48,422 nt of DNA from IMG/VR virus record IMGVR_UViG_3300017747_003013, positions 1-48,422 of that record. The stretch is one strand, 5' to 3'. The notes beneath the pieces are model-generated. The model was not told the origin of the DNA, did not search any database, and saw only the letters and a list, made by a program, of their open reading frames with translations. Positions 7,524 through 15,813 of this stretch are shown here, one piece after another. This stretch comes from a virus (taxonomy: Duplodnaviria > Caudoviricetes). The position numbers and the translations under genes are program-made. How positions within the stretch are numbered: the first letter of the stretch is position 1; each line of letters begins with the position of its first letter.

Positions 7524-8324
7524 TTAGCCGCGACGGCGACGACGAACCTCGCCGGCCGGCGCAGCCTTCTGCTGGGCGGTGTCGGGCCCGAACGGCGCAT
7601 CGTCCTCGACTTCCGGCTCGGGAGCCGGCGCCGTGGCCGCACCGCGACGACGGGTCGTCTCCTGCGGAGCAGCCTGTTTCGGCTCCTCCTTCGGAGCATC
7701 GGCCTCGGCCTGCTCGTCGGTCGGTGCCTCGTCCATCGGCACGAATTTCACCACCTTGAAGACCGGGAAGTAGGTCTTGCCGTACTGCTTGTGCGGGTAG
7801 TGGTCGCTCGCCAGCTCGATCACCGGCACGGGCTTGCTCTCGTCCTTGTCGAGCTGATCCATCAGCACTGCAATGAACTCGCGCGTCGCCCGCAGGCCGC
7901 CGGTCGAGGTCGTCTTGTAGAGCACCTGCTCGCCCTTGTCCTCGCCGTCGAGGCAGAGCACGTTGAACGACAGGCAGTCAGCCCACGGGTGGCCGTAGTC
8001 GGGCAGCGCCGCCTTGTCGGGCTTGGTCGAGAACATGGAGACCATTTCCTCGCCGAGCAGTTCGGGCGTGTCCTTGCTGCCTTCCGGGATGACCTTCCAG
8101 CAGAGAAAGCCATGCTGGAGCGAGAGCGGGTTCACCGCCCAGGTCGAGCCGGCTTCGACTTCAAGGTTGTCGGCCCCGAAAATCCACTTGCCGTCACGGC
8201 CGAGGCGGAGGATCGGCTCGCCGCCCTTCGGCTTGGTGTTGTCGCGGACGTTCTGGAGCCCCGCCTTCAGGTTCTTGAGGGCGCCGACGGCGCCGCCGGC
8301 GGCAGTAGCAATATTCGTATTCAT
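7524..8324 (-). CDS. Putative single-stranded DNA-binding protein
   Basis: Lies between the Cas4-like nuclease and the polymerase. G-x-W-x-FG, WAVNPLS and YPHKQYGKTYFPVF motifs; long acidic low-complexity tail. Confidence 0.7.
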   Translation of the reverse strand: MNTNIATAAGGAVGALKNLKAGLQNVRDNTKPKGGEPILRLGRDGKWIFGADNLEVEAGSTWAVNPLSLQHGFLCWKVIPEGSKDTPELLGEEMVSMFSTKPDKAALPDYGHPWADCLSFNVLCLDGEDKGEQVLYKTTSTGGLRATREFIAVLMDQLDKDESKPVPVIELASDHYPHKQYGKTYFPVFKVVKFVPMDEAPTDEQAEADAPKEEPKQAAPQETTRRRGAATAPAPEPEVEDDAPFGPDTAQQKAAPAGEVRRRRRG

Positions 8325-8352
8325 TTTTGAAGTTTCCTGTTTCGGTTTTGGT

Positions 8353-8437
8353 AGTCGGCACTATCGCAGTACCCGCGCGGTGGCTTTCTCGAAAGAGCCA
8401 TACACCGCACCTCGTGTTCGGGCGATCAACTCCGACC
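8353..8437 (-). ncRNA. Candidate structured cis-regulatory RNA in the SSB leader
   Basis: Nested pairings GUCGG/CCGAC, AUCGC/GCGAU, GUGCGGU/ACCGCGC and UGGCU/AGCCA in a 130-nt intergenic gap. The G-U wobbles work only on the minus strand. Confidence 0.5.
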
Positions 8438-8454
8438 GTAGGTGGCGTTCAGCG

Positions 8455-9927
8455 TCACTCCTGCGGAGCGACGCCGATCTGCTTGAGCTTGGCGGCGATC
8501 TGCTCGACCGCCGCGCTCGATGTCACGTACTCGGGCCGGGGGTCGTCGCTGCGGGCGATGGTCGAGCCCGAGCTGACGCCCGGCGCGACGTACTTCTCCA
8601 GCAGCTTGCGATCCTTCGAGCCGTCCTTCATATCGGCGCCCTTGGACTTGAGCAAGGTGCGGGCGGCGGCCGGCGTGATCGGCTTGACGACACGACGCTC
8701 GTCGACCGAGAGCCCCTGCCGTCCGAGGAAAGCGTCGACCTTGCTGTCGTCGATCCACTTGTCGTGGCCGGCGCGCTTCGGCACGAGCTTGTAGCCGGGG
8801 ATGCGACCGCCCGCTTCGAGGAAGGTGTACGCCTGCTTGGCGGCCTCGCTCAGGTAGGGTTCGAGGATGTCGGCGAGGTCGAGCATCAGGCCCAGGGTCT
8901 CGGCGTAGTCTATCTGCTCGCCGCCTATGCGCGCTGGCGTACCTTCTAGCTCCTGCGCCGCCACGTCAGCGGCGGCGCCTAGACGCAGCTTGCCCAGCTT
9001 CGAGGCCAGCCGCTCCAGCCCGACGGGCGTGTCGGCCCGCAGCGGGCACTGTGACTGGCACGCCTGGAACTTGCACCACTTGCCCAGCTTGTAGGTCGTG
9101 CTGCCGTTCAGAGCCTCCTCGACGGCCTCGACGAGGTCGAGCTTGAAGTCTTCCAGCTCGGCGATCGACGAGGTGTAGGTCGAGGGCTCATCGCGGAGGC
9201 GCGGCTGGCAGATGACCAGCTCGACGGGCCAGTCGGGGCTGTCGCCGAAATATTCGGGGTGTGTGTGCCGCGCAGCGACGCCGTAATAGCTGAGTTGGTC
9301 ATTGCCGAACTCGTCGAACTGGTCCTCGTCGGGCGCAGGCTTCGGCACCTTGTAGCTCGCGTCGACCGGCACGCCCTGCCCGAACTTCCAGTCCCAGACG
9401 ATCGTCCGCTTGCTCGTGCGGATCAGCACGTCGCAGGTGCCGAAGGCGTCGTCGATGTCAGGGAACTCGACGCGGCTCTCGACGCGCAGCAGGAACTCGT
9501 CGCCATCCTCGGCCAGCACCTTGTCCAGATACTCGTTGAACTGGTGGTAGGCCGGCAGCACGGCGTCGTGCATCCGGTCGAAGGAGACGTCGTTCTCCAT
9601 GAAAATCTTGATGATCTCGCGGTCGCTTGACACCTTGTTGTCGGGCAGCACCTCGTCGAGCTGGATCAGGTATTCCATGACGGAGTGCAGGTGCGTACCC
9701 TCGTCGGCGTAGCTCGACGACTGGTTGAGCGAGCCGCGCAGGGCCTCGGCCTTCTGCTCCTGCACCTTGCCTGCCTCGGGCGGCATGGTGAGCGCAGAGG
9801 CCAGCAGCTCGTCGGCTGCCTGGTCGAGCTGCCACTGCATGTTGTTCAGGATGGCGACACTGCCGGGGCAGTGCAGCACGCGGCTGGCGGTCGAGCCGCC
9901 GACGATCTTGGAGTGAAGGTCAGGCAC
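8455..9927 (-). CDS. Cas4-like PD-(D/E)XK exonuclease (DUF2800-like)
   Basis: GTG at 9927 after GAGGAG. CPGS, ADEGTHLH, FGTCDV...WDWKFG, QLSYY and WCKFQACQSQCP. Confidence 0.85.
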   Translation of the reverse strand: MPDLHSKIVGGSTASRVLHCPGSVAILNNMQWQLDQAADELLASALTMPPEAGKVQEQKAEALRGSLNQSSSYADEGTHLHSVMEYLIQLDEVLPDNKVSSDREIIKIFMENDVSFDRMHDAVLPAYHQFNEYLDKVLAEDGDEFLLRVESRVEFPDIDDAFGTCDVLIRTSKRTIVWDWKFGQGVPVDASYKVPKPAPDEDQFDEFGNDQLSYYGVAARHTHPEYFGDSPDWPVELVICQPRLRDEPSTYTSSIAELEDFKLDLVEAVEEALNGSTTYKLGKWCKFQACQSQCPLRADTPVGLERLASKLGKLRLGAAADVAAQELEGTPARIGGEQIDYAETLGLMLDLADILEPYLSEAAKQAYTFLEAGGRIPGYKLVPKRAGHDKWIDDSKVDAFLGRQGLSVDERRVVKPITPAAARTLLKSKGADMKDGSKDRKLLEKYVAPGVSSGSTIARSDDPRPEYVTSSAAVEQIAAKLKQIGVAPQE

Positions 9928-10129
9928 GGGTGCTCTCCTCAAGTAGGCGGGTAGCGTAGGCTTTGAATACGTCCTCGCTGGCGAGGCCAGCCAGCGTACC
10001 CTGCGGGTTGCCGGGATCGGCGATCAGGTGGGTGACGGGCACGATCACCTCGACGGTGCCGACCTCGTTGGCGTAATGCCAGCGAGCGCGGCGAACGTGA
10101 AGCCCAGACTTGTCGGTGAACTTAGGCAT
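9920..10129 (-). CDS. Hypothetical protein (69 aa)
   Basis: ATG at 10129 (TGATG coupling); MPKFTDKSGLHVRR... Confidence 0.6.
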   Translation of the reverse strand: MPKFTDKSGLHVRRARWHYANEVGTVEVIVPVTHLIADPGNPQGTLAGLASEDVFKAYATRLLEESTRA

Positions 10130-10485
10130 CACACGTCGAGCCCGTCGTCTTCGCGGTCGTTGCGCGGCACCTTGCCCCGCACCTTGCCGCCACTGACGGT
10201 GAAGGACGAGACCTTCGGGTCGGGCAGGGCGATGTCGCGGGCGCCGGTGCTCTTGACGGGGTCGACGGTCTTCTGCTCGGCCGCGTTCATCTGCTGGATC
10301 GCTTCGCTCCAGTTCGCGGGCGGCACTGTGCCGTGATTGAGCCCGGTGCTGGCCGCGAACTGCGCCAGCGCCATCCTGACCACAGACGAGTTGTTGATCT
10401 TGTGCTTGGCGGCGAGCGCCTGGAGCAGGTCGAAGGTCTCGTCGTCCATGTGGATCGAGCGCTGCTTGCCTTTGGGCGGGGTCAT
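10129..10485 (-). CDS. Ribbon-helix-helix (CopG/Arc-like) regulator
   Basis: QRSIHMDDETFDLLQALAAKHKINNSSVVRMAL; GAGGAG RBS; first gene of the leftward operon. Confidence 0.75.
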   Translation of the reverse strand: MTPPKGKQRSIHMDDETFDLLQALAAKHKINNSSVVRMALAQFAASTGLNHGTVPPANWSEAIQQMNAAEQKTVDPVKSTGARDIALPDPKVSSFTVSGGKVRGKVPRNDREDDGLDV

Positions 10486-10528
10486 GTGATCTCCTCGTGG
10501 GTCTGCAAATCAGTGAGGGGTTCGTAGC

Positions 10529-10837
10529 ATGATCGAGCGGGAGAGCGCAATCGAGAAATACTGCCACGACGTCGTTGCAGAACTTGGCGGGATGACGTAC
10601 AAGCTCTCGGTACCAGGTGTGCGGGGCTACCCCGACCGGCTGGTGAAGCTGCCGCACGTCTCGGCTTTCGTCGTCGAACTGAAGCGCCCCAAGGGCGGCA
10701 GGCTCTCGGCGTTGCAGGTCGTACGGCACAAGGAAATGCGAGACGTAGGCTGGCGGGTCTACGTAGCAAAGAACCGAGAGGAGATCGACGATGTCATCGC
10801 AGAAAATCAAGGACGTGGACGACGGGGCGATATTTGA
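10529..10837 (+). CDS. VRR-NUC domain nuclease
   Basis: ESAIE...GVRGYPDRLV...VELKRPKGGRLSALQ. Confidence 0.9.
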   Translation: MIERESAIEKYCHDVVAELGGMTYKLSVPGVRGYPDRLVKLPHVSAFVVELKRPKGGRLSALQVVRHKEMRDVGWRVYVAKNREEIDDVIAENQGRGRRGDI

Positions 10838-11135
10838 CGCCTCGGTATCGCCTGAGCAGCGCTACCTAATCGACAGCTATTACGACCTGATGGTGGGCGC
10901 AGCGTTGCGCCTCCAAGGTACGGCAACCGAAGGCCGCCGACTGGCGGTTCTCTCGCTTGCAGTTGTCGAGGTTAGTAACGGCAAGGTGGCAACCGCTGGC
11001 GCACCGCTGACAGTGGCGGGCCGCGACATCGCGGATGTGTTCGAGAAGCTGCCGTTTGCAGTGGATGCAGCGTTCGAGGCGCAGCAGTTCGATGACGCGG
11101 TTAAGCGCGCCGAAGCTAATGCGCGCAAAAACTGA
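10791..11135 (+). CDS. Hypothetical protein
   Basis: GAGGAG RBS; fills the gap between VRR-NUC and the helicase. Confidence 0.6.
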   Translation: MSSQKIKDVDDGAIFDASVSPEQRYLIDSYYDLMVGAALRLQGTATEGRRLAVLSLAVVEVSNGKVATAGAPLTVAGRDIADVFEKLPFAVDAAFEAQQFDDAVKRAEANARKN

Positions 11136-12552
11136 TCTCCGCAGCGCCCAGCAGCGCACCGTCACCGCGCTCTACGAGGGCGTGTGGTTCGACCAATCCG
11201 GCCCCGGTACGGGCACCGGCGCCGTGCTGCCGATGGGTGGCGGCAAGACTGCCGCCTCGCTCACCGCCTTCGAGGAGCTTCAGCGCGACGGGATCGCGCG
11301 CGACATGTTCGTGCTCGCCCCGAAGCGCGTGGCGCAGCTCGTCTGGCGGGCCGAGGTCAAGCAGTGGGCGCACCTCCAGCGGTTGAAGGTGGTGTTCGTC
11401 GGCGGCTCGGCCGTGCAGCGGGCGCAGCTCCTGCGCGAGCCGGCCGACGTCTACTGCATCGGCATCGACAACGCGAAGTGGTTCGTAGACTGGGCCAAGA
11501 CCCAGAAGCCGGCGCGCTTCAGCAGGTCGGTGTTCTGCGTCGATGAGCTGAGCCGCTTCAAGAACCCGCGCGGCAAGCGCCTGCGCGCGCTGGCGCCGAT
11601 CATCCCCTGGTTCCTGTCGCGCTGGGGTCTCACCGGCACGCCGAGGCCGAACGGCTTCGAGGACTTGTTCGGGCAGGTCAAGCTGCTCACCGCCGGCCAT
11701 CTCTGGGGCAACAGCTTCGACAAGTGGCGACAGGCGAACTTCTACCCGCTCGACTACAACGCCTACAAGTGGGCGATCCTGCCCGAGCGGCAGCGGCAGA
11801 TCATCGACGACGCCAACCGGGTGATGTTCACCATCGGCCCCGACGACATGCCCGATCTGCCGGCGCTCAACGACGGGCCGGAGTTTATCGAGTGGGTCGA
11901 CATGCCCGAGGAGATCGTCGAGCGCTACAAGCTGATGATGAAGGAACTGGTCAACTTCCTGAAGCAGCGCGACGGCGTCGTCGCGGCGGCTAACCTCGCC
12001 GTCGCCTCAGGCAAGCTCTGCCAGTTGGTGCAGGGCTTCCTCTATGACGGGCTCGAAGGCAAGCATCGCGGCATCGAGCGCTACCACGACGTGAAGATGG
12101 AGCGCCTGCTCGAAATGATCGAGGAGGCCGGCGGCGAGCCGGTCATGGTGGCATACGAGTTTCAGGCCGATCTCGACAGCCTCAAGGAGAATTTCCCCGG
12201 CATCCGCTGGCTCGGCGCCGGCGTGAACGACCGGCAGGCCGAGGAGTTTGAGCGCGCATGGAACGACGGCAGGCTCGACGTCGCCGCCGTGCATCCGGCC
12301 AGCGCCGGCCACGGGCTCAACCTCCAGTTCGGCGGCGCCCAGCTTTTCCACTACGGCTTCAACTGGTCGGCCGAGCTGTACGACCAGTTGCTCAAGCGCT
12401 TCCACCGACCGGGGCAGCACCGCCCGGTCTGGTCGCGGCCGATCCTGATGCGAGCCCCCGGCTTGCTGACGACGGACGAAATGAAGTACCAGCGGGTGCA
12501 TGACAAGATGGCTGACCAGGAGCTTTTCCGGCGGCTGCTGAAGGAGGTGTGA
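11119..12552 (+). CDS. SNF2-family (SF2) helicase
   Basis: Likely start MRAKTDLR at 11119. MGGGKT, DELS, LTGTP, HPASAGHGLNLQ and RFHRPGQ. Confidence 0.92.
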   Translation: MRAKTDLRSAQQRTVTALYEGVWFDQSGPGTGTGAVLPMGGGKTAASLTAFEELQRDGIARDMFVLAPKRVAQLVWRAEVKQWAHLQRLKVVFVGGSAVQRAQLLREPADVYCIGIDNAKWFVDWAKTQKPARFSRSVFCVDELSRFKNPRGKRLRALAPIIPWFLSRWGLTGTPRPNGFEDLFGQVKLLTAGHLWGNSFDKWRQANFYPLDYNAYKWAILPERQRQIIDDANRVMFTIGPDDMPDLPALNDGPEFIEWVDMPEEIVERYKLMMKELVNFLKQRDGVVAAANLAVASGKLCQLVQGFLYDGLEGKHRGIERYHDVKMERLLEMIEEAGGEPVMVAYEFQADLDSLKENFPGIRWLGAGVNDRQAEEFERAWNDGRLDVAAVHPASAGHGLNLQFGGAQLFHYGFNWSAELYDQLLKRFHRPGQHRPVWSRPILMRAPGLLTTDEMKYQRVHDKMADQELFRRLLKEV

Positions 12553-12553
12553 C

Positions 12554-12718
12554 GTGCAGGCTATGGAGAAGACAATGGCCGAGGCGTTCCTTGAGCATAC
12601 GCTCAGGGAGCAGGCAGCGTGGCGGCTGCATCAGGCGCGCTGGAACTTTGTCCAGCATCACCGGCGCAACCCGGCGCACCGCGCGTGGAAGAAACGCCGC
12701 GCGAGCGGGAGGAGCTGA
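12554..12718 (+). CDS. Small basic hypothetical protein (54 aa, not in the ORF track)
   Basis: AAGGAGGT RBS then GTG; MQAMEKTMAEAFLEHTLREQAAWRLHQARW...; fills the gap. Confidence 0.55.
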   Translation: MQAMEKTMAEAFLEHTLREQAAWRLHQARWNFVQHHRRNPAHRAWKKRRASGRS

Positions 12719-12721
12719 GCG

Positions 12722-13273
12722 ATGCAGATCGAAGAAGGAAAGTTTTACCAGACGCGCGACGGGCAGAAGGTAGGCCCTGCCCGCCCAACGCGGCCCTCGG
12801 AAGGGTATAGCGCCGAGTTTCCCTGGTACATCGAAGGACTTGGAGCAGTGCGCGACGACGGCAGCTACAGCCCAGGCACGCACGATGAGGTGTCGCAACA
12901 CGACTGCGTGGCGGAGCTGCCGATAGCAGGCGGCTCGCTGCCGGGCTTCACCCACGACCGCTGGGCCGCCCTCGTCGAGGCAAGCTACGTGCAGATCAAG
13001 TCGCTCGCCCAGAAGAAGGGCGGCGAGTATTCCGGCGACGACGATCGCCTGCTCAACTTCCGCCGCAACGGCGCCGCCCTCGGGCTGCCGATGGAGACTG
13101 TGTGGGCCGTCTATGCCGGCAAGCACTGGGACGCCATCCAGCAGTTCATCAAGGACCAGCGCAACGGCAAGGAGCGCGAGCGGCTGGAGCCGATCGCCGG
13201 GCGGGTCGACGACCTGCTCGTCTACCTGCTGCTGTTCAAGGCGATGTTGGAGGAGAGCAGCAATGCAGGATGA
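12722..13273 (+). CDS. All-alpha nucleotide pyrophosphatase-like protein (DUF1599/nucleotide-modification-associated type) with an extra N-terminal domain
   Basis: KKGGEYSGDDDRLLNFR...KHWDAI...EPIAGRVDDLLVYL. Confidence 0.6.
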   Translation: MQIEEGKFYQTRDGQKVGPARPTRPSEGYSAEFPWYIEGLGAVRDDGSYSPGTHDEVSQHDCVAELPIAGGSLPGFTHDRWAALVEASYVQIKSLAQKKGGEYSGDDDRLLNFRRNGAALGLPMETVWAVYAGKHWDAIQQFIKDQRNGKERERLEPIAGRVDDLLVYLLLFKAMLEESSNAG

Positions 13274-13418
13274 TCCGAAACTGGCCGCGTTGCTGGCGAG
13301 TGCCAAGAAGGTCGCCGACCTGCTCAACCAGGCCGAGCAGAACCACGGCGGGCTGATCGGCGTCGACACGCTGAAGGCTGCCAACGAACTGCGCCTTGAG
13401 CTGGCGAGGTGGAAATGA
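13263..13418 (+). CDS. Hypothetical protein (51 aa)
   Basis: GGAGGAG RBS, ATG at 13263. Confidence 0.6.
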   Translation: MQDDPKLAALLASAKKVADLLNQAEQNHGGLIGVDTLKAANELRLELARWK

Positions 13419-13636
13419 GCGAGCGCTTCAGCGACGTGCTGTCGGAGTTCCTTTACCGCGCACGCGAGAGCGTGGGGGCTGACCCAGACGATACCATCGT
13501 AGAGATCGTGCTGCACCCGCGAGCGGTGAAGAAGCTCCAGTATGAGTTCGACACGATAGCGCTGACCGTCATCGATCGTGGCGTGCTAACGGGGACGACC
13601 TTCATGGGCGTTAAACTGACGGAGCGGCTGCCGTGA
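13415..13636 (+). CDS. Hypothetical protein
   Basis: GAGG RBS and ATGA coupling; MSERFSDVL... Confidence 0.65.
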   Translation: MSERFSDVLSEFLYRARESVGADPDDTIVEIVLHPRAVKKLQYEFDTIALTVIDRGVLTGTTFMGVKLTERLP

Positions 13637-13980
13637 AGTTCTGGCGCAACCCCGTGTTCTGGATAGGCGTCGCCCTCGCGGGCGGCGCCATCGCCTATGC
13701 GTGGATCGGCGATCCGGTCGTCGCCCGCCCGCTCAGCCTGCTCGACGTGAGCCTCGGTGCCGACGGCCGGTGCACCGGCTTCCCGAACGGCATTGGCCGC
13801 TGGAACTGGTCGCAGTGCTGCGTGGCGCATGACCTCGGCGGCACCGATGGCAGCCTGCTCGACTGCCTGCTGGGCGCCGTGCCTGGCTGGGCGTGGCCGA
13901 TCTGCGGGCTGGGTGTAGCGCTGATGATGGCGTGCCGGCCGCTTTACAATGTGCTGCAACGCTGGGGGTGGGTGCGCTAG
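13633..13980 (+). CDS. Membrane-associated protein with phospholipase A2-like CCxxHD motif
   Basis: N-terminal hydrophobic segment, DGRCTGFPNG...WSQCCVAHD...D...DCL, and a C-terminal hydrophobic helix. Confidence 0.55.
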   Translation: MKFWRNPVFWIGVALAGGAIAYAWIGDPVVARPLSLLDVSLGADGRCTGFPNGIGRWNWSQCCVAHDLGGTDGSLLDCLLGAVPGWAWPICGLGVALMMACRPLYNVLQRWGWVR

Positions 13981-14414
13981 GGGTAGAACTCGGTGGTCGT
14001 GACCTCGAAGGGGAGGCACTGGTGCTTCAGCTCGACGAAACTGTTCGCCTTGATCTCGCTCACCGGCATCGACACCAGCCACGGCCCGGAGCGCTGCGCG
14101 CCGACCGGGCGGTTCGGGCTGCTGTCATCCCCCGGGGCGCGCGTCAGGACGAGAGGCACCCGGGCGAAACCGCCGTCGCGCTGGCCGCGATACCAGGCGA
14201 TGCCGATGTATTCGCAGTTGCGCAGCTTGGTGAAGTAGGCGTCGACCGTCGCGCTGCCGTCGTCGATTGCCTCCATCTTCTCGATCGTCAGCTTGCTGAC
14301 GACCGGGAAGAAGTAGGTCTCTATGCCGGGGCCGACCGTGTAGACGGTGAGGATCGTCGAGACGAAGATCACTGCTGCACTGAAGGACTTAACCGCGAGC
14401 GCGAGTAGGTTCAT
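13977..14414 (-). CDS. Membrane-anchored protein at the end of the lysis cassette
   Basis: ATG at 14414; N-terminal TM segment, then a beta-rich domain with two Cys. Confidence 0.65.
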   Translation of the reverse strand: MNLLALAVKSFSAAVIFVSTILTVYTVGPGIETYFFPVVSKLTIEKMEAIDDGSATVDAYFTKLRNCEYIGIAWYRGQRDGGFARVPLVLTRAPGDDSSPNRPVGAQRSGPWLVSMPVSEIKANSFVELKHQCLPFEVTTTEFYP

Positions 14415-14415
14415 G

Positions 14416-14694
14416 TTACGGACCGAATAGGCCGCCGCGAACGATAAACGTCGCAGCCGCTGATAAGAGGACGGCACCGAAAGCTCCGAGCACCCATTTT
14501 CCCAAGCCGTAGACTGACTTGATACTAGCTTCGATCCGATCAAGGCGTTCGTCAAGGTACTCGTCCTTCATCAGCCGCAGCGCATCGTTCTTCTCTCGAT
14601 CGGTGCGCAGCTTGTTAAGCTCTGTGACCAGCTCGGTGATCGTCTTGGCGTGAGCCTGCACGTCTTGGATAATCTGTTCGGTCACGGGCGACAC
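14416..14694 (-). CDS. Coiled-coil protein with C-terminal TM segment (holin/antiholin-like)
   Basis: LDERLDRIEASIK followed by WVLGAFGAVLLSAAATFIV. Confidence 0.65.
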   Translation of the reverse strand: MSPVTEQIIQDVQAHAKTITELVTELNKLRTDREKNDALRLMKDEYLDERLDRIEASIKSVYGLGKWVLGAFGAVLLSAAATFIVRGGLFGP

Positions 14695-14751
14695 GTCCTA
14701 TGTTCACTTATTCAACGGGGGCGTCATCGCACAGGTTGCGTTACGCCCGCG

Positions 14752-15105
14752 TCACCGCTTGAACAGCTTGTCGAGCAGGGTCGGCTTGGCGGCGGTGGTC
14801 TTCACCGCCTCCTTGACCGCTTCCTTCTTGGCCGGTGTCATCTGGCTCGTCGGCACCTGCACGCCGCCGGCCGTGGCGTGCGGCTTGACGGTCGCGATCA
14901 GGGACCAGATGTAGCCGCCGAGACTGACGGCGGCGCCGAGCGTGGCGAGCCCCCAGTTGCCCTGGAGGATGTTGATGAGCCCGGCCTGGTCGGCAGGCGA
15001 CAGGGCGCCCCACCAGGTGAGCGCGCCGCTGATGATCGGCCCCAGCTCAAGGACGCGGCGCAGCAGCCACTTGAGAACAACCGACTGGATGATCGTATTC
15101 AGCAT
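14752..15105 (-). CDS. Putative holin
   Basis: Two hydrophobic segments and a basic C-terminus, directly after the endolysin. Confidence 0.55.
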   Translation of the reverse strand: MLNTIIQSVVLKWLLRRVLELGPIISGALTWWGALSPADQAGLINILQGNWGLATLGAAVSLGGYIWSLIATVKPHATAGGVQVPTSQMTPAKKEAVKEAVKTTAAKPTLLDKLFKR

Positions 15106-15120
15106 CGTGGAGGCGCCTCC

Positions 15121-15801
15121 TTAGCGCAGCCATAGGACGAGACCTGCGACGAGCAGGATGAAGAAGATAACGAGGGCGATGAGCACCCAGTCGATGGCCG
15201 CCATGACGGGCACGACGGGCGTCGGCTCGTCGGTGTCACCCGGCTGGTAGGTCGGCACGGTAACAGGCTTCGGCGCGCGGAGCTGGAGCAGCGTCGCCTC
15301 GACGGTCTCAGGTGAGATCAGCGCCGAGTTGCCGGCGAACTTGTCGTAGTACGACTGCCCGCGCTTCAGCACGGTCTCGCCGCGCTTCTGCGTCGACAGC
15401 ACCGGGAAGCTGGCCCACTCGCGCGCCAGCGCGTTGCCGAACTCGGTGACGGTCAGGTCGCCGCGCAGGAAGCGCGCGAAGCCACGGGTCTCCAGAAGCT
15501 GGTCGCCCATGCGGTCCTGAAGCGCGGGCGTGAACTTCTCGCCGTAGTCGATACCGAGCTGCTTCGCCAAACCGATCATCGTCGGCTTGATGATCTGGTA
15601 GGCGCCGGCCGCGCCAGACGTCGTGCCGAAGCGCTTGCGCCAGCCGTCGCTTGCGGCAATGATCTCGCCGACGGTCATCTGAGTGAGCGGCTTGGTTAGC
15701 TTGCCCTGGTTGTGCCCGATGATCGTCTCGTACTGCACGGCTGGGTCGGCCTTGTCAGTCTCGGTGCGGCGGATCAGGGCCTTGAGTGCGTTGTCGGTCA
15801 C
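15121..15801 (-). CDS. Lysozyme-fold endolysin (lambda R/GH104-like) with C-terminal TM helix
   Basis: LIRRTE (candidate catalytic Glu), SGAAGAYQIIKPT, FTPALQD and LAREWASFP; ends in WVLIALVIFFILLVAGLVLWLR. Confidence 0.82.
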   Translation of the reverse strand: MTDNALKALIRRTETDKADPAVQYETIIGHNQGKLTKPLTQMTVGEIIAASDGWRKRFGTTSGAAGAYQIIKPTMIGLAKQLGIDYGEKFTPALQDRMGDQLLETRGFARFLRGDLTVTEFGNALAREWASFPVLSTQKRGETVLKRGQSYYDKFAGNSALISPETVEATLLQLRAPKPVTVPTYQPGDTDEPTPVVPVMAAIDWVLIALVIFFILLVAGLVLWLR

Positions 15802-15813
15802 GGCAGTCTCTCC

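Noticed and set aside
8325-8454. tRNA gene
   Set aside because: Contains a GTTCG but no cloverleaf or acceptor stem; better explained as an mRNA leader.
10608-10615. Third copy of the CGGTACC operator inside VRR-NUC
   Set aside because: Only the core matches, the flanks and promoter elements do not, and such a match is expected by chance.
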